NCBI RefSeq assembly: GCF_000284115.1
Contig: NC_017080.1
Span: forward strand, 720,001 to 752,000
Source of the DNA: Phycisphaera mikurensis NBRC 102666
GTDB lineage: Bacteria; Planctomycetota; Phycisphaerae; Phycisphaerales; Phycisphaeraceae
Reading direction: 5' to 3'
DNA: 32,000 nucleotides
The notes beneath the pieces were generated by a model that was given only the letters and a program-made list of their open reading frames with translations, was not told where the DNA came from and did not search any database. This document shows, piece by piece, positions 17,081 through 27,127 of the stretch (the first letter of the stretch is position 1; each line of letters opens with the position of its first letter). The translations under genes and the position numbers were made by a program.

Positions 17081-17856
17081 GGTCGTCTGGGTTCCGGAGG
17101 GTCGCTGGCGTGGCCGCGAGGGACGTGCGGGCGGGCAACGGCCCCGCCCGCGGGATTGGAGAGACTGTTCCGGATGCTGGTGAGGGCCCTGCGAGCGGCC
17201 GGTCAAGGAAGCGCTCGCTCCACGTGAAAGTGCAGTGAGTCAATGGCGCGCCTCCGCGGGGTCTTGAAGCCACGCCCCGCCGGTTCGCGTGTCGCGGCTT
17301 CTCGACGGCCTGCTGTTGGTTCTTGCCGACGCGGCCTTCCTGTCATGAGGACGCCCGACCCTCCCGGTCGAACGCTCTTCGCGGCCGGGGGAGCCGCTCC
17401 GCTGACGATGGCGTACCCGCCGTTCCTGGGGGAACGCCCTCGGTCGAGGGGGGAAACGCGCACCGCCTTCCGGGGAACGCCTACCGGTGCGCGGGGAACA
17501 CCCTCCGTCGCTCGCGGCTTGACGTTGGGTCCAGGAGCGAGGAGCACGTCTTCGTCAGCGACGTTCCCCCCACCCTCAACGACCCCCGAATCGCCGCCTG
17601 AGCCCGCGAAGCGGGCGTTAGCGCACCGTGCGCAATCTTCCGATCGCCTCTGCGGGCGAGTCGTGCCCCTCGCTTCGTCGGCTGCATCGCCCTGCAGGGG
17701 CAGGGCTGCTTCGCCTCCTCACGAGGAACACGACTCGCGGACGCAGGCCGATCGGAAAATTGCGCACGATGCTCTAAGCCGCGGCGGGGGTGGGGTGGGG
17801 GTGGGGGGTGTGGGGCACGGGCCATCACCGATGGGGGCGGGAAGAAGTGACCGCCG

Positions 17857-18060
17857 CGGACCGTCGAGGATTTGCGGCGTTCTCGCGCGCGATCCGCGGC
17901 GCGGGCGCCAGCGATCGCATTGCAACTGAACGCCGAAGCCGGATCGCCACGCGATCCAGACCGGGTCGATTCGAGGGTTCCGTCCGCCGCGGCTGGGGTT
18001 CGTGGCGCTTCTGCGGGTCGACCCGGGAGGCTGCACACGTCACGCTCCGGGCCGCTCTTG
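17857..18060. repeat. Repeat B, copy 2 (~200 bp)
   Basis: gcggaccgt...cgattgcattgcaactgaacgccgaagccggatcgccacgcgatccagaccgggtcgattcgaggg...cgcttctgcgggtcgacccgggaggctgcaca (same order and orientation as 13252..13454; first bases approximate). Confidence 0.82.
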
Positions 18061-18137
18061 GCGCGCATCCCAAGGAGGCCCGGGATTCCCCCGCGACGCG
18101 TTTTCGATTGTCCCGGCGATCGGCGGAGGGGCTTCGC

Positions 18138-18524
18138 TCAGCCCCGCTCGTGCGGGTTGGGATCCGGCTTGCGTGGATCGGTCGGCGTCGACGCGGTCGC
18201 GGGCATCTCGTCGATCACCGAGCGGTCCCACATCGAGGCGCCCAGCGCGTGCGCGGCGCGGGAGATGAGGTGGGAGGCGACCGGCGCGGTCAGGAACAGG
18301 AAGGCGATCACCAGCGCGGCCTGCAGGCCGGTGACCGCGTCGCGGAAGTGCAGGGCGACGGACACCATGATCAGGCCGATGCCCAGCGTGCCGGCCTTGG
18401 TCGAGGCCTGCATGCGCGTGTAGACGTCGGGCATGCGGAGGATGCCCACGCCCGCGAGCAGGCAGAGCGCGACGCCCAGGCCCAACGCCGCGTACTCTAG
18501 GACGTTGAGGCACTCAGCCGGCAT
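18138..18524 (-). CDS. mrpG: Na+/H+ antiporter subunit G
   Basis: 'GVGILRMPDVYTRMQASTKAGTLGIGLIMVSVAL...IAFLFLTAPVASHLISRAAH', the MrpG/MnhG signature; last gene of the Mrp cluster. Confidence 0.9.
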   Translation of the reverse strand: MPAECLNVLEYAALGLGVALCLLAGVGILRMPDVYTRMQASTKAGTLGIGLIMVSVALHFRDAVTGLQAALVIAFLFLTAPVASHLISRAAHALGASMWDRSVIDEMPATASTPTDPRKPDPNPHERG

Positions 18525-18855
18525 TCTCGTTCCCCTTGCGTTCGAGGTACAGGGCGAAGGCGGCGGTGCCCATGAAGGTGAGCAGGGCCACCACGACGGC
18601 GACGATCACCAGCTCGGCCCGCTCGGAGACGACGGCGATCAGCGCCACGAGACCCACGGAGAAGAACGCCAGGAGGTCCAGGGCGACGACCCGGTCCGCC
18701 AGGCTCGGCCCGCGGAGGAGGCGGACGACGGCGAGCACCATGGCCACGCCGATCACGCCCATCGCGGCGTCGTGGATCGACAGGCCCGGTGCATCGACGC
18801 CCGCGCCGGCGGCATCTCCGAGCAGCCCGCCGGAGAGCAAGAGGAGGGCGCTCAT
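18514..18855 (-). CDS. mrpF: Na+/H+ antiporter subunit F
   Basis: 'AMVLAVVRLLRGPSLADRVVALDLLAFFSVGLVALIAVVSERA', MrpF signature; overlaps mrpG start. Confidence 0.88.
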   Translation of the reverse strand: MSALLLLSGGLLGDAAGAGVDAPGLSIHDAAMGVIGVAMVLAVVRLLRGPSLADRVVALDLLAFFSVGLVALIAVVSERAELVIVAVVVALLTFMGTAAFALYLERKGNENAG

Positions 18856-19331
18856 CGCAGGATCCCCTTGATGCGGGCTTCGAAGCCGTCCTTCACCTCG
18901 GCCCGGACCGCGGCGGGGTCCGACGCGTCCATGGCGTGGACGTACAGCGTGTGGCGGTCGGGGGTCACGTCCAGCGAGAGCGTTCCCGGGGTGAGGGAGA
19001 CCAAGCTCGCGAGCGTCGTGATCTCCAGGTCGGAGAGGTCGTCGTCGAGCGGCACCGCCACGATGCCGGGCGACATCGCCCGCAGCGGGGACACCGTGAA
19101 GCGCATCATGCGGAGGTTCGCTTTCGTCAGCTCCCACCCGAACCACGCGGTGAAGGCCACCGCCGCGAACACCTTGTGGAAGTACGTCCCGCTGCCGAGC
19201 CCGAGGCGCCAGGCGGCGAGCAGGACGAGGTAGCCCGCGACGAAGCCCACGAGCAGCCCGCGCGGCGAGAGGTCGTCGAGCACGACGGCCCAGATCACCG
19301 CCAGCAGGAGGTTCCAGACGAGCGTCGTCAT
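18852..19331 (-). CDS. mrpE: Na+/H+ antiporter subunit E
   Basis: [35 protein letters not shown]...'SLVSLTPGTLSLDVTPDRHTLYVHAMD'. Found inside the overlong ORF 18852..20582. Confidence 0.9.
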   Translation of the reverse strand: MTTLVWNLLLAVIWAVVLDDLSPRGLLVGFVAGYLVLLAAWRLGLGSGTYFHKVFAAVAFTAWFGWELTKANLRMMRFTVSPLRAMSPGIVAVPLDDDLSDLEITTLASLVSLTPGTLSLDVTPDRHTLYVHAMDASDPAAVRAEVKDGFEARIKGILR

Positions 19332-20989
19332 CGTTCCGTCCCTCCGACGCGAGGCGGCGGCGGAGCGCCCCGCGGCGACCGGTCCAGCGCCGCGTCGCGG
19401 TATGCCGTGCCGCCGATCAGCTGCTCCGCGCCTCGCTCCGCCAGCGCGATGGCCGGGCCCGCGAGCAGCCCGATCGCGACCGTCACCAGGGCGAGGAAGG
19501 CCGAGCCGGCCTCCATCCAGCCGCGGCCGCCGACCGCTTCGGCCTCGCGTCGGGCAAGCTCCGCCGCCGGGACCGCCGCCGTGTCGCCCGTCTCGGGCGC
19601 CGGCTTCCAGAACGCCCCCGACCAGATCTTCATCATCGAGAACAGCGTCATCACGCTGACCAGGAGCGACACCGCCACGATCGCCCAGGCCTCCGCCGCC
19701 AGGCCCGCTCGGACGAGCACGAACTTCGACCAGAAGCCCGAGAGGACCGGGATGCCCGCCAGCGAGAGCGCGGGGACCATGAACAGCGCCGACAGCCGCG
19801 GGCTCGCCGAGGCGAGGCCGCCGATGCGGGTTAGCCGCCCGGAGCCGCAGCGCCGCTCGATGATCCCCGCGACCAAGAACAGGTTCGCCTTCACCACGAT
19901 GTGGTGAAGCACGTAGAAGACCGCCCCGGTCATGGCCATCGCACCCGCCGCCCGCAGGGCCCCCGCCCGCTCCGGGTCCCCCGCCGCCTGCGCCGCCTCG
20001 GCCGCGGCGAGCGCCCCGCCGGCGATGCCGATGCCCATCAGCATGTAGCCGATCTGGCTGATGATGTGGAACGAGAGGATCCGCCGGACCTCGCCCTGCG
20101 CCGCGGCGGCCAGCACGCCGGTGACCATCGTGAGAGCGGCGATCCACGTCAACAAGGACGCGACCACCGCCGCGTCGGGGTGTCCCGCCGGGAACATCAG
20201 CGCCGTGAAGCGGATGATCACGTACACGCCCACCTTGGTGAGCAAGCCCGCGAACACGGCGGAGATGACCGGCGGCGGCGTGTGGTACGAGGCCGGCAGC
20301 CAGGCGAAGAACGGGAAGGCCGCCGACTTGATGAGGAAGGCCACCAGCAGGACCGCCGCCACCGGCGTGTAGCGCTGCGGCTCGGCGGCCCCCGCCAGCC
20401 GCTCGGCGAGCTGGGCGAGGTTCAGCGTGCCGAGCATCGCGTACGTCAACCCGATGCCCGCGAGGAAGAACATCGAGCCGACCAGGCTGAGCGTGACGTA
20501 GGTCAGCGCTCCCTTGAGCTGCGACCTCGTTCCGCCCAGGGCCAGCAGCACGAAGCTGGACATCAGCATCACCTCGAACCACACGTAGAGGTTGAAGAGG
20601 TCCGCCGTGAGGAACGCCCCCGACACGCTGGTGAACAGCCCGAGCATCAGCGGGTGGAAGCCCGCCGCCTCGCGTCGCCGGTCGATGCCGCCGAGGGCGT
20701 AGACCGCCGCCCCGACCGCCACCAGGCCGTTGAGCAGGACCATGATCGCGGAGGTGACGTCCGCGACGAAGGTGATCGCCACCGGGCTGGGCCAGCCGCC
20801 CAGCCGCGCGGCGAGCACCTGCCCGCCGGCGGCGCGGCGGAGCAGCTCCGCCGCCGCGAGCAGCAGCAAAACCGACGCGACCACGTTCGCCGCCCGCTGC
20901 ACCCGCACGTGGCGCCAGGCGGCCAGGCCGACCAGCGAGCCGAGCACCGGAAGCAGCACCGGCAGCGTGACGAGCAACTCGGGGCTCAA
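19328..20989 (-). CDS. mrpD: Na+/H+ antiporter subunit D (NADH dehydrogenase ND2/ND4-like)
   Basis: [27 protein letters not shown]...'[38 protein letters not shown]'. Confidence 0.93.
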   Translation of the reverse strand: MSPELLVTLPVLLPVLGSLVGLAAWRHVRVQRAANVVASVLLLLAAAELLRRAAGGQVLAARLGGWPSPVAITFVADVTSAIMVLLNGLVAVGAAVYALGGIDRRREAAGFHPLMLGLFTSVSGAFLTADLFNLYVWFEVMLMSSFVLLALGGTRSQLKGALTYVTLSLVGSMFFLAGIGLTYAMLGTLNLAQLAERLAGAAEPQRYTPVAAVLLVAFLIKSAAFPFFAWLPASYHTPPPVISAVFAGLLTKVGVYVIIRFTALMFPAGHPDAAVVASLLTWIAALTMVTGVLAAAAQGEVRRILSFHIISQIGYMLMGIGIAGGALAAAEAAQAAGDPERAGALRAAGAMAMTGAVFYVLHHIVVKANLFLVAGIIERRCGSGRLTRIGGLASASPRLSALFMVPALSLAGIPVLSGFWSKFVLVRAGLAAEAWAIVAVSLLVSVMTLFSMMKIWSGAFWKPAPETGDTAAVPAAELARREAEAVGGRGWMEAGSAFLALVTVAIGLLAGPAIALAERGAEQLIGGTAYRDAALDRSPRGAPPPPRVGGTER

Positions 20990-21348
20990 GACGGGTCCCC
21001 CGGCGATGCCCGCGGCCGTTCCAGCGCGTCCACGTCGTCGCCCGCCACCTCGTACACCCGCTTCACCAGCACCGCGGCGTAGCCGACGATCGCGAAGGAG
21101 ATCACGATCGCGGTGAGGATCAGCGCCGGCGGCAGCGGGTCGGTGTGCCCGACGAGCAGCCGCTCCTCGCCGGGGCGGACCAGCGGCGGCGAGCCGCGCA
21201 GGAGCCCGGCGGCCACGAAGATGAGCATGTTCGAGGCGTGGCCCAGCAGGGCCAGCCCGATGAGCAGCTTCACGATCGAGCGTCGGAGCATCATGTAGAT
21301 GCCCGCCGCGTAGAGCAGCCCGACGGTGACGGCGAGGGCGAGGGTCAT
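20986..21348 (-). CDS. mrpC: Na+/H+ antiporter subunit C
   Basis: [49 protein letters not shown]...'[25 protein letters not shown]'. Confidence 0.92.
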   Translation of the reverse strand: MTLALAVTVGLLYAAGIYMMLRRSIVKLLIGLALLGHASNMLIFVAAGLLRGSPPLVRPGEERLLVGHTDPLPPALILTAIVISFAIVGYAAVLVKRVYEVAGDDVDALERPRASPGDPS

Positions 21349-21794
21349 CGCGGGTCCCCCCCGGGCGTGGCCGCGGGCTCGGACCGCGGCCACTCCGCGA
21401 TCGAGAGGATCATCCACAGCACCGATCCCGCGACCGTCAGGTACACGCCGATGTCGAAGAACAGCGGCGTCCCGACCTTGACGCCGGGCACCGGCTCGGC
21501 GTCCGTCCACAGCGCCGCGAAAAGCGGCTGCCCGATCAGCGGGGCCGGCAGGCCGCTCAGCAGCGCCACCGCGAGGCCGGCCGCGGTGATCGCCTCCGGC
21601 CCCAGCGGGAGCAGCTGGCGGCAGCGGGCCGGGCCGTACGCCAGCATGTGCAGCAGGAAGGCGGCGGCGCCGGTGAGGCCGCCGACGAAGCCGCCGCCGG
21701 GCTCGTTGTGGCCGCGGAGCAGGATCACCACCGAGGCGAGCAGCAGCAGGGGCAGCAGACCGGTGGTGGCGGTGCGGAGGATGATGGAGTTCAA
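21345..21794 (-). CDS. mrpB: Na+/H+ antiporter subunit B; probable TTG start overlapping mrpA stop
   Basis: [55 protein letters not shown]; typical MrpB. TTG at 21794-21792 overlaps TGA of mrpA. Confidence 0.88.
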   Translation of the reverse strand: MNSIILRTATTGLLPLLLLASVVILLRGHNEPGGGFVGGLTGAAAFLLHMLAYGPARCRQLLPLGPEAITAAGLAVALLSGLPAPLIGQPLFAALWTDAEPVPGVKVGTPLFFDIGVYLTVAGSVLWMILSIAEWPRSEPAATPGGDPR

Positions 21795-24130
21795 GGCTCG
21801 CCCTCCCCGGCCGCGGCCGCTTCCCCGGCGTCCGGCCGCTCGCGGCGGGCGATGAGCAGCGTCGCCACGCCCATCCCCGCCAGCGCGAGCACGAACAGCT
21901 CCCCGAAGGTGTCGGTGGCGCGGAAGTCCACGATGATCACGTTGACGATGTTGCGGCCCTTGCCCGCGGCCACCGCCTGCTCGCTGAAGTACGACGAAAC
22001 CGGCTGCCCCATCCCGGTGTCCACCGCCAGCAGCACCAGCACCGTCATGAAGGCCCCGAACGCCAGGCTCAGCAGCAGGTCGACCGCCTTGCGTGAGCGC
22101 GACGTGTAGTTGCGGAACTCCGGCAGGTGGTAGAAGACCAGGACGAGGATGAGAACCGTCAGCGTCTCGATCGCGAACTGCGTCATCGCCACGTCGGGCG
22201 CCCCGAAGAGCAGGAAGATCAGCGCGGCGCAGATCCCCACCACGCCCAGGGCCGCGATGCTGCCCAGGCGGTGGCGGAAGACCGCGGCCGCCACCCCGCT
22301 GGCGATCATGAGCCCGACGAGGATGGCCTCGACCGGCCGGACCGCCCCGTGCTCGGGCAGCAGGGTGGCTGTTCCCATCCGGCCGATCAGCAGCGAGCCC
22401 CCGAGCACGAGCAGCCCGACGACGCAGGTCCGCACGTAGCCGGTCAGCGACCCGTGCTGGAGCAGCCGCGTCTGGGCCCGGCCCAGCGCCAGCACGCCGG
22501 CGAGCGCGGCGTCGAAGACCGCCGGCCCCTCTTTGGAGCGGTCCAGGAGGCCCGTCCCCCGCCGGAAGCCGCCGCGGAAGGCGTAGAGCACCACGCCGCC
22601 GAGCAGGGCGATGCCGGTCGGCCCGGCAAGTGCGGAAGGCGAGAACAGGTGCAGGCTCGACAGCTCCGCCTCGCCCGGCTGCCCGGTCACCGCGTCGGTC
22701 GCCGCCAGCACGATCGGGTCGGCGAAGAGCCCCGGGGCCACGCCCGCGAGCAGCCCCAGCGTCGCCAGGACCACCGGGCCCACGAGCAGCGCCGGCCCGG
22801 CCTCGCGGGTGCGGTCGGCGATCGGGTGGCCGGCGCCCGCGAACGGGCGGAAGGCCACGAGCAGCGCGGCGGTGACCATCCCCACGCCGGTGACCGTCAC
22901 CGCCACCAGCAGCGCCGTGTCCCACGGAGACGCCGCCAGCCCGCCCTTGAGCAGGTACTTGCCCGTGTAGCCGAACAGCGGCGGCACCCCCGCCAGCGAG
23001 AGCGCGCCGAGCACGGCGGCCGCCCAGGTCACCGGCATCTTCCGCAGCAGCCCGCCGAGGCGCTCGACGTCCTTCTCGCCGGTCTGGTGCTCGATGACCC
23101 CCGCGACCATGAACAGCGTGCCTTTGTAGAGGGCGTGGGCGAGCAGGAAGGTCACCGCCGCCGCGTCCCCGGGCACGCCCAGGCCCAGCAGCATCACCAT
23201 CGTGCCCAGGGCGCTGACCGTCGTCCAGGCCAGGATCCGCTTGAGCTTCGTCGATCGCGCCGCCAGCACCGCCGCGTAGACCATCGTGAAGCCGCCGACG
23301 AGCTTGAGCGTCCAGCTCCACTCGGGCGTCCCGCCGAGCACCGGCGTCAGCCGGGCGAGCAGGAACACACCCGCCTTGACCATCGTCGACGAGTGCAGGT
23401 ACGCGCTCACCGGGGCCGGCGCCTCCATCGCCCCGGGCAGCCAGAAGTGGAAGGGGAACTGGGCGCTCTTGGTGAAGCAGCCCAGGAAGATCAGCGCGAG
23501 GATCGCGAGGTACCGCGGGCTCGAGTTGATCTGCGGGCCCATCTCCAGCAGCTCGCTCACGCGGAAGGTGCCCGCCTCCAAGCCCAGCAGGATCACGCCC
23601 GCGAGCAGGGCCAGCCCGCCGCCGCCGGTCACGATCAGCGCCCGCATCGCCGCGGAGCGGGCCGCCTCCTTCTCGCGGTAGAAGCCGATGAGCAGGAACG
23701 ACGTGATCGACGTCAGCTCCCAGAAGACGAACAGGAGGACCAGGTCGTCCGCCAGGACCAGCCCCAGCATCGCCGCCATGAAGGTCAAGAGCGTCGCCAT
23801 GAACTTGCCGAAGCGGGCGTGGCCGCGCATGTACCCGCCCGCGTAGACGCACACCGCCGCGCCGACGCCGGTGACCAGCAACGCGAAGAGCAGCCCCAGC
23901 CCGTCGAGCCGCCACGCCAGCGAGATGCCCAGCGTCTCCACCCACGGGATCGGCTCCGGAGCGAGAACACGCCCCGCCGCCACGCCCCCGACCTGCACCG
24001 CGAACCACGCGAACCACCCCGCCGGCACCGCCGCCGCCACCCACCCCGCCCACCAGCCCGCCGCGCGCACCAGCCACGGCGCCAGGGCCGCGAGCGCGAG
24101 CAGCGAGATGACCGACAACGGCAACGCCAT
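21791..24130 (-). CDS. mrpA: Na+/H+ antiporter subunit A
   Basis: 779 aa; '[42 protein letters not shown]', '[42 protein letters not shown]', C-terminal '[27 protein letters not shown]'. Confidence 0.95.
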   Translation of the reverse strand: MALPLSVISLLALAALAPWLVRAAGWWAGWVAAAVPAGWFAWFAVQVGGVAAGRVLAPEPIPWVETLGISLAWRLDGLGLLFALLVTGVGAAVCVYAGGYMRGHARFGKFMATLLTFMAAMLGLVLADDLVLLFVFWELTSITSFLLIGFYREKEAARSAAMRALIVTGGGGLALLAGVILLGLEAGTFRVSELLEMGPQINSSPRYLAILALIFLGCFTKSAQFPFHFWLPGAMEAPAPVSAYLHSSTMVKAGVFLLARLTPVLGGTPEWSWTLKLVGGFTMVYAAVLAARSTKLKRILAWTTVSALGTMVMLLGLGVPGDAAAVTFLLAHALYKGTLFMVAGVIEHQTGEKDVERLGGLLRKMPVTWAAAVLGALSLAGVPPLFGYTGKYLLKGGLAASPWDTALLVAVTVTGVGMVTAALLVAFRPFAGAGHPIADRTREAGPALLVGPVVLATLGLLAGVAPGLFADPIVLAATDAVTGQPGEAELSSLHLFSPSALAGPTGIALLGGVVLYAFRGGFRRGTGLLDRSKEGPAVFDAALAGVLALGRAQTRLLQHGSLTGYVRTCVVGLLVLGGSLLIGRMGTATLLPEHGAVRPVEAILVGLMIASGVAAAVFRHRLGSIAALGVVGICAALIFLLFGAPDVAMTQFAIETLTVLILVLVFYHLPEFRNYTSRSRKAVDLLLSLAFGAFMTVLVLLAVDTGMGQPVSSYFSEQAVAAGKGRNIVNVIIVDFRATDTFGELFVLALAGMGVATLLIARRERPDAGEAAAAGEGEP

Positions 24131-24575
24131 GAAAAAAACCAGCTTCAGGGCCGCCGAACCGCCCGTATGCGCTCCGCCGGGAGCGCGGCGGGCACGGTTT
24201 CCGCCGCGTCCAAGCCTTCACCCGACCACCCTGCGCCCGCGGCGGCGGGGACTGTACAGCCTGCGGAACGCAGCAGCCCGGCGCCCCACCGGGGACCCGG
24301 CCTCACCAAGACACCCGCGTCCCCCACGCCCGCGGCGGCACGCGGTCCGGCCCGATGCCGCGGACACGCGACCGCTCGACGCCGGGTCCGCGGCAACGCG
24401 GCTCGGCTCGAAATTGCAGCGCATGATCCGATGGACAGCTTCTGCGGCAGGGGGTAGATTCCCCATACATGCCCGCAATGTGCGGGCACGCCTCCGGCGG
24501 CCGGAGCCCCGGCCAGTCGCCGGAGCGCGAGCGGGTCGGTGGCGATCGACTACCCCCTGGATCGAGAAAGCACCC

Positions 24576-25826
24576 ATGCCCAAGCACTCCCGCCTCACCC
24601 GCGTCTCCTCGTGGCTCGCCGCGGGCTTCGCCGCGTCGGCCCTGTCCGGCACCGCCGCCGCCGAGGATCTGTCGATGTACATGGTGGGCAACAGCCTCAC
24701 CGACCAGTCTCGGATCGACCGGGTCGCGAAGATCGCGGAAGGCCAAGGCCACGCGCTGGAGTTCGGCCAGCACATCATTTGGGGTGCGGGCCTCGGCTAC
24801 AACTGGCAGAACCGCTGGGTGCCCTCGAAGCTCACGGGCACCTACGGCGCGGCGGTCGACGCGCTGCCCGACCACGCGTGGGACGTCATCACGCTGCAGC
24901 CTTACGACCGGCCGCTGATCAACCCGTTCACGGGCGCGAACGACGAAGACATCGCTCAGGCGATGAACTTCATCGACCTGGCGATGCAGAACCCGGAGAA
25001 CGTAAACACCCGCTTCCTGATCCCGCAGTTCCAGCCTCAGAAGAAGATCACCGGGCGGAACGCGGCCGGCGAGCCGCAGTTCGAGCGGCCCGAGTCGGAG
25101 CCGGACTTCGACGCCTGGTGGAACCGGGAGTACACCGGCTTCTACGACCAGACTTTCTTCACCAGCAGCTACGCGGGCCTGCTCCGCGACGGCATCGAGG
25201 CCGAGTACGCCGCCCGCACCGAGGACACGGGGCCCAAGCCGGGCAAACCCATCGAGATCGTGCCGATCGGCGACGTGTTCTCGCACCTGCACCGGCTGAT
25301 CCGGGCCGACGGCCTCGAGCTGTCGTTCAGCGGCGGCGACGACGAACCCGACGCGACGCCCGGGATCGACGGCGCCTGGGACCTCTACGACGACGGCGTC
25401 CACCCCATCGAGGTCGGCGAGTACGCGGCGGGCATGACCTTCTACACGGTCCTCTTCGGGGAGACGCCGATCGGGCTGCCCGCCGGGGAGTACGACGTCA
25501 ACGACGAGGAGCGGGCGGCGGTGCAGGCGGCCGTCCGGTCCGTCGTTCTCGGCAGCCCCTGGGAGGGCGACGCGAACCTCGACGGCGTGGTCGATCAACG
25601 GGACCTCGACGCGATCATCGACAACTGGGGCTCCGAGAGCGTCACCTGGCAGAAGGGCGACTTCGACGCCAGCGGCCTGATCGACGTCGCGGACCTCAGC
25701 AACGTGCTGGACAACTGGGGCGGCGTGGGCGCGGCCGACCTCCGGGGGCTGGTCGTGCCGGAACCGTCTTCGGCGGCGATCCTGGCCCTGCTGGGCTTGG
25801 CCGCCCGCCGGCGCCGCTGCCGCTGA
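24576..25826 (+). CDS. Secreted SGNH-hydrolase-like protein with dockerin-like repeat and PEP-CTERM tail
   Basis: Signal-like MPKHSRLTRVSSWLAAGFAASALSGTAAAEDLSMYMVGNSLTDQSRIDRV; 'GDANLDGVVDQRDLDAIIDNWG...KGDFDASGLIDVADLSNVLDNWGG' dockerin-like pair; 'VVPEPSSAAILALLGLAARRRRCR'. Confidence 0.82.
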   Translation: MPKHSRLTRVSSWLAAGFAASALSGTAAAEDLSMYMVGNSLTDQSRIDRVAKIAEGQGHALEFGQHIIWGAGLGYNWQNRWVPSKLTGTYGAAVDALPDHAWDVITLQPYDRPLINPFTGANDEDIAQAMNFIDLAMQNPENVNTRFLIPQFQPQKKITGRNAAGEPQFERPESEPDFDAWWNREYTGFYDQTFFTSSYAGLLRDGIEAEYAARTEDTGPKPGKPIEIVPIGDVFSHLHRLIRADGLELSFSGGDDEPDATPGIDGAWDLYDDGVHPIEVGEYAAGMTFYTVLFGETPIGLPAGEYDVNDEERAAVQAAVRSVVLGSPWEGDANLDGVVDQRDLDAIIDNWGSESVTWQKGDFDASGLIDVADLSNVLDNWGGVGAADLRGLVVPEPSSAAILALLGLAARRRRCR

Positions 25827-26093
25827 AGCGGGGCGGCGGGGTGCGTCTCGCCGGGGCGAGAAGGGGAGGCGGGGGAGGCGGGGGGAGACACGGGACCAGG
25901 CCCCGCCGGGGCGGGTCCCGTTCGTTCCTGCGCGCTCCAGCCGGCGGAAGCGGGAGGAGTTTCTCCCGGGCCGGCGTGCCCGAGGGAGCCCGCCGCGCGG
26001 CCCCCTGAACAGGGGGTTGTGCGGGCGAGGCCGGTCCGGCATCCTGCGGGGGCCCGGCACCGCTTCCGTCCACCCTTCGAAGGAGACCACCCC

Positions 26094-26915
26094 ATGATGC
26101 GCACCCTCCACCGCCCGCCCGTTCTCGCTTGGGCCGCGACGATCGCCGCTTCGCTCGCACCCGCCGCGTCCGCCCAGAGCGGCCTGCTCGCCGGTGCCAC
26201 GGTCCAGCGGACCGTCTCGGTGCTCGCCACCGCCGAGAACGTCGGCCCCGACTTCGACCTCAGCGACGCCGACACCCCCGCTTCCGGGGTGGTGAGCGGC
26301 TTCGACCCGGTGCTGCCGGCGGTGTCGCGGTCGGCCAGCGCCGAGGTGCTGCCGCCCGTGGCCGGCGCGGGCGGCGCTAGCGCCGCGGCGTCGGCCACCG
26401 CCACCGCGGTCCGCCTCCCCGGCGGCGGCTCGGTGCGGGTCGGCGGCGGGGCCGAGGCGGTGGCCGACCTCGCCTTCCCGGGCAGCGCCTACCCGCAGCA
26501 GCGCGCGGACTCCCGCGCCACCGCCTCCTTCGAGACGCTGCTGCGGTTCGAGCTGACCCGGGAAGCCGACTACACGCTGTCCAGCCAGACGCTCGAAGCC
26601 TTCGACTTCTTCACGACGCCCGGCATCGACGTCGTGCTCAAGAACGAGGACACGGGGGCGGTGCTCTTCGCGGACACCTTCGGCCGCTTCTCCAGCCTCG
26701 ATCCACTCGAGGAGCTGTCCGCGTCGGGCGTGCTCGCCGCCGGCCGCTACGAGCTTAGCCTCCGCGGCGAGGCGGAGCGCCGGGGCCTGGACTTCACCAG
26801 CAGCCCCGTGGGGGCCACCGGCTTCGTCGCGTTCTCGGTGGTGCCCGAGCCCGCTTGCGCCGCGGCGTTGCTGCTGGGCTTGGGCACGCTCTGCCGCCGC
26901 CGTGATCGTGCTTGA
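26094..26915 (+). CDS. Secreted PEP-CTERM protein of unknown function
   Basis: MMRTLHRPPVLAWAATIAASLAPAASAQSG...; 'VVPEPACAAALLLGLGTLCRRRDRA'; good Shine-Dalgarno (aaggag) just upstream. Confidence 0.78.
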   Translation: MMRTLHRPPVLAWAATIAASLAPAASAQSGLLAGATVQRTVSVLATAENVGPDFDLSDADTPASGVVSGFDPVLPAVSRSASAEVLPPVAGAGGASAAASATATAVRLPGGGSVRVGGGAEAVADLAFPGSAYPQQRADSRATASFETLLRFELTREADYTLSSQTLEAFDFFTTPGIDVVLKNEDTGAVLFADTFGRFSSLDPLEELSASGVLAAGRYELSLRGEAERRGLDFTSSPVGATGFVAFSVVPEPACAAALLLGLGTLCRRRDRA

Positions 26916-26928
26916 ACCGGAGCGAAGC

Positions 26929-26951
26929 CGCGAAGGTGTCAGGTACATTCG
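26929..26951 (+). repeat. Dispersed motif cgcgaaggtgtcaggtacattcg, copy 1
   Basis: Exact 23-mer also at 27105..27127; the reverse-complement form (gaatgtacctgacaccttcgc) lies near 9807-9827. Confidence 0.9.
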
Positions 26952-27104
26952 ATTCCGCTCCGGCCACCTTCGTCCTCAAGCCCCGCGTGGCCGGGGGGAA
27001 GCGCTGCGTGTCCGCCGACCACGTCCCTACCGCGGCGTGGTCCTCGCTCGGACGCTCGGGCTGCGCCCGACCGCTACACCGCCGGATCCGTGAAGGTGTC
27101 GATC

Positions 27105-27127
27105 CGCGAAGGTGTCAGGTACATTCG
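27105..27127 (+). repeat. Dispersed motif cgcgaaggtgtcaggtacattcg, copy 2
   Basis: Exact match to 26929..26951, within a larger imperfect duplication (see findings). Confidence 0.9.

Noticed and set aside
14658-17273. 871-aa minus-strand ORF overlapping the PEP-CTERM gene
   Set aside because: Low-complexity RRR/GG/HRQ composition, shadow frame of the real prepilin-like and PEP-CTERM genes.
17602-17616. gcccgcgaagcgggc hairpin as rho-independent terminator
   Set aside because: Perfect 6-bp stem but no downstream T-tract; short hairpins are common at this GC content.
17243-17929. 228-aa plus-strand ORF in the PEP-CTERM/mrpG gap
   Set aside because: Runs through reiterated GC-rich sequence into repeat B, no recognisable motif.
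21345-24221. 958-aa minus-strand track ORF opposite in frame to mrpA
   Set aside because: Arg/Gly/Pro-rich alternate-frame readthrough in very GC-rich DNA. Only its last ~150 aa are real (mrpB, 21345..21794); mrpA in the neighbouring frame has clear homology patterns.
24303-26948. 881-aa minus-strand ORF opposite the two secreted protein genes
   Set aside because: Antisense shadow ORF in very GC-rich DNA; the plus-strand genes have signal peptides, PEP-CTERM tails and (for the second) a good Shine-Dalgarno.
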